A program made the position numbers and the translations under genes. A stretch of DNA of 64,000 nucleotides from Mustelus asterias (Eukaryota): contig NC_135813.1 of assembly GCF_964213995.1 (NCBI RefSeq), forward strand, positions 20,646,001-20,710,000. The letters run 5' to 3'. The stretch's first letter is position 1, and the number at the start of each line of letters is the position of its first letter. This document shows, one piece after another, positions 58,901 through 64,000 of this stretch. The notes beneath the pieces were generated by a model. It made no database searches. It was not told the DNA's origin and was given only the letters and a program-made list of their open reading frames with translations.

Positions 58901-61900
58901 AACATTATGTACCACCCCACACCACAGAGCCCCGTCACATTTTTGTTGTCTTAATGCAACTCTGTAGCATTGTCCAACGAGCTGCATTGTTCTTATCCCC
59001 TTAGGACACAGTAAGATTGTGGAGGCCGTATGCTTCAGTCATGATATGAGATTACTGGCATCTGGAAGTTGGGACTATACAGCTGTTCTGTGGAATCCGA
59101 AGGTTAGTTGCAGGCCTTTTAATTTAATTATATTTACCGGCATTGTGTATCTCCAATCTCAGGTAAGGAAAGCAGATTTCCTTCCCTAAAGTACATTAGT
59201 GAACCAGATGGATTTTTCCGACAACTGACATGGTCATCAGTAGATTCTTAATTCCAAATTTTTTTTATTGAATTCAAATTTCACCACCTGCTGTGGTGGG
59301 ATTCGAACCTGGGTCCCCACACCATTAGTTGACTTTCTGGATTAATTGTCTAACAATAATACCACTAGGCCATCACCTCCCCATTGGGTGGGGACCCTGA
59401 CATCAGAACTGTTTCTTCATCCCGACCTCACTCTGAGGGGAAAGTGGTTCCAGATCCTGATTTTCCCCAAATTTGGCCCTAATTGGCTGGGAGGTAGGTT
59501 TGGCAGCGAATTAGTGGTGATGGGCAGGATTGTGAAAGTGTGGGCCTGATTTAAATACAAGACAACAGCTATTATTCTGGCAGTTGTCTTTACAACTCAA
59601 TGACTGGCAGAAGTTAGCAAGAGGAGAGGCAGACACTGGGCACCCAAAGGGCTGCCCCAAAGCTTAACAATGCCGTCCATGAGGTCATTTTCGAGGTTGC
59701 GAGTGGAAGGAGGGGGGTCTTATTCACAAAGGATGGCAGGAGAAGACCACCCAACCAAATTAAACAGGGCTGGCTGGAGGTGACAGAACATGTCGGCAAC
59801 TGCAGTGCTGCCAGGTGAATCTGGGGCAGAGCCACAAGAGATGACAGACCCACCAACTGAACAACCTGAGGGAACATGGTATTCCTGAACATGGGAGAAA
59901 TGTTTGCCCAGACTAAACATTTGCCCAGGGTGGCACGGTGGCACAGTGGTTAGCACTGCTGCCTCACAGCGCCAGGGACCTGGGTTCAATTCCAGCCTCG
60001 GGTCACTGTCTGTGTGGAGTTTACACGTTCTCCCTGTTCCTGCGTGAGTTTCCTCCGGGTGCTCCAGTTTCCTCCCACAGTGTGCAGGTTAGGTGGATTG
60101 GCTGTGCTAAATTGCCCCTTAGTGTCCCAAGATTTGTAAGTTAGGGGGGATTGGCGAGGGGTTATACGTGGGGTTGCGAGAATAAAGCCTGGGTGGGATG
60201 CTCTGTCAGAGAGTTGGTGCAGACTCAATGGGCCAAATGACTCCTTCTGCACTGCAGAGATTCTATGATTCTAATTCTGACCCCTGAACAAGGTTCAGAG
60301 TCCTGGCCTTGTTGAGGAGCTGCCAACACTGTTGAAGCCATCGAATCAGAAATCTTGAAAGATGCTGCACCTCTGAGGATCACCAAAAAACGCAAGCTTG
60401 GTAAAAACAAAGGAAAGAATGACTATGATGGAATTGTAAGTGACGATGATAATCTTCCTCCTTCAACCAAAATGTTGTGCATGTGAGTGAGCCGATGGCA
60501 TTGGTCAGAGAGGTAAGCTGTGCCCCATCTCTTTCTCTCTCCTGTCCTTGGGGGGAGAAGAGCTCAAGATGCCAGGGAGAAGGTTCTGCCAAGTGGAGGA
60601 AGTCACAGAAATCCCTGGGGTGGCCCCATATGAGCAATGTGGGGAGGGGAAAATGGGCAGACCTGGAGGGAAGGAGAGGGTGAAAGATATTGCCACTTGA
60701 AGCCAAAGGGCATGAAGTGTATTCCTCTTCATCCAACAGCTCACCAAAGATTCAGCTGCATTAGGAAGCCCCAGAACTGCAGAGTTTTCTTCTGTCAGAG
60801 GACAGTTCTCAGGATCGCCCAGCATCTCCCACACTTTTTGATCTGGAGGAGAAACGTCTCCATTTTGGCATGGCATGGCACTGAGGCAATCAGAGGAAAC
60901 AGCAGAGCCAGCACAGACACATCTAACCAGCACACCCTCACCAGTGCAGGTACACACAGCAGTGGGTCCTCAGGCGAGCTTCCATAGCGTGCCACTGAGT
61001 TCAGACATGGCACTAGTGAGTGAGAGGAGGTGACAGACACAGCTGTAGGCAGTCTCCCTCGGAGGATGAGGGACATATAAACCATGCCCAGCTGGGCCCA
61101 GAAGAAAACTCTGCAGTTCTGGGGCTTCCTAATGCAGCTGAATCTTTGGTGAGCTGTTGGATGAAGAGGAATACACTTCATGCCCTTTGGCTTCAAGTGG
61201 CAATATCTTTCACCCTCTCCTTCCCTCCAGGTCTGCCCATTTTCCCCTCCCCACATTGCTCATATGGGGCCACCCCAGGGATTTCTGTGGCTTCCTCCAC
61301 TTGGCAGAACCTTCTCCCTGGCATCTTGAGCTCTTCTCCCCCCAAGGACAGGAGAGAGAAAGAGATGGGGCACAGCTTACCTCTCTGATCAATGCCATCG
61401 GCTCACTCACATGCACAACATTTTGGTTGAAGGAGGAAGATTATCATCGTCACTTACAATTCCATCATAGTCATTCTTTCCTTTGTTTTTACCAAGCTTG
61501 CGTTTTTTGGTGATCCTCAGGAGTCACAAGTGAGGTCAATCAGTGACCAGCAGTGCGAGATGTCTGCCCACGTGTGGTTACCTTAGGCATTGTGGGGGCT
61601 TGGACTGACGATGGAAGCCATTCAGCTCCTGTGGACCATCGTGAACTTTGAATGCATGAGTTCCTCCATTGAGAAAGTGAATAGAAAAACAGGAAAAGTG
61701 AGGTGTGCTTACGTGATGTAATGGCCTTGAACAGGTACACAGACTGTCGGGCAGGGGTACACAGACTGCTAGAGAGGGGTACACTGAGACTGCTGGAGAG
61801 GCATACACTGAAACTGCTGGAGATGGGTACACTGAAACTGCTGGAGAGGGGTACACTGAAACTGACGGGGTGACTCAGGTATACAGATTGCTGGAGATGG

Positions 61901-63669
61901 GCACACTGAGACTGCTGGAGAGGGGTACACAGACTGCTGGAGAGGGGTACACTGAGACTGCTGGAGAGGGGTACACTGAGACTGCTGGAGAGGGGTGCAC
62001 AGACTGCTGGAGAGGGTTACACTGAGACTGCTGGAGAGTGGTACACTGAGACTCCTGGAGAGAGGTACACTGAGACTGCTGGAGAGGGGTACACTGAGAC
62101 TGCTGGAGAGAGGTACACTGAGACTGCTGGAGAGGGGCACACTGAGACTGCTGGAGAGGGGTACACTGAGACTGCTGGAGAGGGGTACACTGAGACTGCT
62201 GGAGATGGGTACACTGAGACTGCTGGAGAGGGGTACACTGAGACTGCTGGAGAGGGGTACACTGAGACTGCTGGAGAGGGGTACACTGAATCTGCTGGAG
62301 AAGGGTACACAGACTGCTAGAGAGGGGTACACTGAGACTGCTGGGGAGGGATACACTGAGACTGCTGGGGAGGGGATACACCGAGACGGCTGGGGAGACT
62401 CCTCGGGTACACCGAGACTGCCAGGGTGGTGTGAACATGCATTGACAGTAAGATGAGGTTGAGTGGATATGTTCTCACAAAGTGAATTCCAGAGCACATA
62501 TTCCTGCTGGATGAATAGCGCTCAGGTGAAAATGGCCTTAATCAAATGTGTTCACCCCATCTTGAAGCAGCCCCAGCTAAATCTCTGCATTGCAAGGGCA
62601 CCGCGCTACTCTGCATCTTCCTCCCCTTTCAATGAACTGTCAGCGAAGTATTTTAAGGTCCATACCTCTCTGGAGAACACAGCAGGTCACCTCAATGTGC
62701 AGGATCCTTGTAAAAGTGCACTTCTGGTTCAGGCACCAGAACCACCTCTTCAGAACCGCATGAGCCTGCCCAGTGGTTGTGCAGCTGGCTCTGTGCCTCT
62801 ATTCAAGTCCTGTAAAAGTGTGAGTAGTTATCACCTTGTGATACCTTTGTCCCTCAGCAACCATTGACAAAATTTCGATGGTGACACACACAGCTACCGC
62901 GCTCCGGACTGTCGGAGGATGAAGTCTTCATGGAAGCTATCAGGATAGCGAGCGTGCACAAGCAGGAAACTTGTTCTGGGCACTGACCAGCTGAACATTT
63001 AGGCAGTGGAATCAGTGATATGGAACAGGGAAGTAGAGGAAACCTACCTAATCTGTACAGTCGGAGTTTACTGTGAATGAATAAGTCAAAATCTTGTTTT
63101 AATTATGACATACTGCCACTGTTCCTAGAGAATTTGGGAATTGAATTTTTCGATTCTATTCCGGTTAACGCCCATTTATTATTGTTTCAATTCCAGGAGG
63201 ACAGTGATGTTAAAATTATACCTATAGGCAGTTTTAAAGTAGCTGAGTTTTGGTTTAATTATAGAGCAAGAACACCCGTGTTGTCTATTCTTTCTTACTC
63301 CTGTACCTGTCTCGGTTAGCTTAGTTGGCTAGGTAGTTAGAGTGTGGTGCAGGGAATGATGCCAACAGCATGGGTTCAATCCCCATACACGCTGTGATAG
63401 TTCAGAGGCCTGCCTCCTTGCCTTTCCCCATGCCCGATGCAGAGTGGAACCCCGCAAGCTGTATACAAATTGTCTCTTTCTAATGGAGAGAGATGCCTTT
63501 GAGGACTACTTTTAATTATCCATCTTATCTGCACCTGATATTGTCAAACTTAGTTCTAAACTATTTGAAGTCTTTTTTTTTTATACAGTCAGGCCGCCGT
63601 GTGATGTCCCTCGCTGCACATCGGAATGTCATCACAGCCTGCGCCTTTTCGTTCCAGGGAGACATTTTG
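40871..63669 (+). CDS. WDR38: WD repeat-containing protein 38, N-terminal part; join(40871..40939,52475..52595,56227..56343,59005..59102,63589..63669); continues beyond the window
   Basis: Phase-compatible exons give MWKKLPSIFNNVSVKYFSSHQAE|VNHCSFSRDGQFLLTGSDDCNVCVWNVTEEKLIYKVAGHT|GPVKACAFSTDSTLFASGSCDCTVRVWDMKTGNCLHVLE|GHSKIVEAVCFSHDMRLLASGSWDYTAVLWNPK|SGRRVMSLAAHRNVITACAFSFQGDIL. Tandem GH...WD repeats resemble recalled WDR38 (GHTGPVK...ASCDCTVRLWD); neighbour of RPL35. Confidence 0.9.
41032..41168. mobile_element. Short Harbinger-like MITE
   Basis: Imperfect TIRs gggccgtaatcttacc / ggtaagatcgcgctc. Confidence 0.55.
42367..42695 (+). mobile_element. Full-length V-SINE, tail type A
   Basis: gggcagcacggtggcgcagtggttagc...; tail gattctatgattctatga. 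Confidence 0.9.
43260..43425 (+). mobile_element. Decayed Harbinger transposase N-terminal fragment
   Basis: RTNSLNMLERQHLM*VAANICVLLEQGSLPSAAAG(HSL)..VTVT resembles recalled Harbinger RLSFLDMSEEQC...VADICSLLE..LLP..GHALPVAVKVT. Confidence 0.5.
43570..51570. repeat. 21-bp tandem array, about 8 kb (about 380 units), in WDR38 intron 1
   Basis: Unit gagtacactgaggg(a/t)gagtgt with recurrent variants (-taagcat-, -tgagcgt-, -tgaatct-, gagactgagt, gatgctgagt) and higher-order blocks. Confidence 0.98.
52475..52595 (+). CDS. WDR38: WDR38 coding exon 2
   Basis: gtgtag|GTG AAC ... CAC ACA G|gtatgc; 121 nt. Confidence 0.9.
52995..53445 (-). mobile_element. CR1 3' end fragment
   Basis: Reverse complement of the 3900-4390 tail region. 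Confidence 0.8.
53487..54334. mobile_element. Harbinger-type non-autonomous DNA transposon
   Basis: TIRs GGCCGGGATTATCCC (53488-53502) and GGGAGAATCCCAGCC (54319-54333), 13/15 match; TAT/TAA flanks; GC-rich interior. Confidence 0.7.
55735..55845 (-). mobile_element. Penelope-like terminal fragment with a minimal hammerhead-like motif
   Basis: Minus strand cactcacCTGAAGAaggggcttaaggctccGAAAgcttgtgtgg...aataaacctgttggactttaacc. Confidence 0.65.
56227..56343 (+). CDS. WDR38: WDR38 coding exon 3
   Basis: caacag|GC CCG GTG ... GAA G|gtatct; 117 nt. Confidence 0.92.
58101..58360 (+). mobile_element. V-SINE, tail type B
   Basis: gtggcacagtggttagcactgc...; tail ...ctacttgtgacact. Confidence 0.82.
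59005..59102 (+). CDS. WDR38: WDR38 coding exon 4
   Basis: ccttag|GA CAC AGT ... CCG AAG|gttagt; 98 nt. Confidence 0.92.
59648..59850 (+). mobile_element. Decayed Harbinger Myb/SANT-like DNA-binding ORF
   Basis: RAAPKLNNAVHEVIFEVASGRRGVLFTKDGRRRPPNQIKQGWLEVTEHV...*IW(fs)QSHKR fits the RAPRFS..LEVL..RR.VLF..DGRR..K..WLEVA...W.QCRKR pattern. Confidence 0.7.
59928..60272 (+). mobile_element. Full-length V-SINE, tail type A, nested in the Harbinger remnant
   Basis: gggtggcacggtggcacagtggttagc...; tail gattctatgattct. Confidence 0.88.
60373..61520. repeat. Long inverted repeat: 422-bp arms (60373-60794 and 61099-61520) with a 304-bp spacer
   Basis: Arms are reverse complements (paired positions sum to 121893); only two mismatches seen; mirrored ORFs appear in the ORF track. 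Confidence 0.97.
61735..62425. repeat. 24-bp minisatellite (about 28 units)
   Basis: Unit gtacactgagactgctggagaggg. Confidence 0.96.
62760..63012 (-). mobile_element. Decayed Harbinger (HARBI1-like) DDE transposase fragment
   Basis: FHCLNVQLVS...(fs)FLLVHARYPDSFHEDFILRQS...WLLRDKG (compare FHSLNVQLVC...ARFPGSCHDAFILRQS...WLLGDKGY); convergent with the Myb ORF. Confidence 0.75.
63589..63669 (+). CDS. WDR38: WDR38 coding exon 5
   Basis: atacag|TCA GGC ... ATT TTG|gtaacc; 81 nt. Confidence 0.88.
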
Positions 63670-63714
63670 GTAACCTGTCTTTCTTCATGATTATAGTGTA
63701 TTCTGTATCGCCAA

Positions 63715-64000
63715 TTATCCCCAAAGTTGGGACGTCTTGTTGAAGTTGCACAAGACATTGGTAAGGCTGCACATGGAATACTGTGTACAGTTCTGGTTCA
63801 CCCATTTATAGAAAGGATATTATTAAATTAGAAAGAGTGCAGAAAATATTTACTAGGGTGCTACCAGGACTTGATGGTTTGAGTTATAAGGAGAGGCTGG
63901 ATAGACAGTCCAAAGATGTGCGGGTTAGGTTGATTGGCCAGGTTTAAAAAATTGCCCCTTAGAGTCCTGGAATGCGTAGGTTAGAGGGATTAGTGGGTAA
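63715..64000 (+). mobile_element. CR1 fragment joined to a 5'-truncated V-SINE (from about 63905)
   Basis: EYCVQFW...LERVQKIFTRVLPG-type sequence, then agtccaaagatgtgcgggttagg... matching the 21600 copy. Confidence 0.8.

Noticed and set aside
60380-61513. Mirrored 118-aa ORFs as duplicated genes
   Set aside because: They follow simply from the inverted repeat; no recognisable domain or splice structure.
37783-62425. Arrays as possible CRISPR-like repeat-spacer structures
   Set aside because: Units are contiguous with no unique spacers, the context is eukaryotic, and no cas-like genes are present.

Overview
Vertebrate genomic DNA, almost certainly from a shark or other elasmobranch, judged from the dense HE1/V-SINE, SacSINE1-like, CR1 and Harbinger repeats. 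It holds a four-gene cluster reconstructed by hand from splice sites: the last five coding exons of GOLGA1 (+, 2142-13190), complete ARPC5L (-, 17742-21990, 150 aa), complete RPL35 (+, 22424-28186, 123 aa, head-to-head with ARPC5L) and the first five coding exons of WDR38 (+, from 40871, running off the window). Points of note: an AT-AC (U12) intron in ARPC5L with a G-rich minisatellite next to its donor; a GC-AG intron in RPL35; WDR38 apparently inverted relative to the human locus; three large minisatellites (31, 21 and 24 bp units) each within or beside Harbinger-type DNA; a near-perfect 422-bp inverted repeat in a WDR38 intron; and a minimal hammerhead-like motif in a Penelope-type end. 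The very long ORFs in the ORF track are satellite artefacts. I found no convincing novel protein-coding system. Family and orthology calls are from recognition, not database searches.
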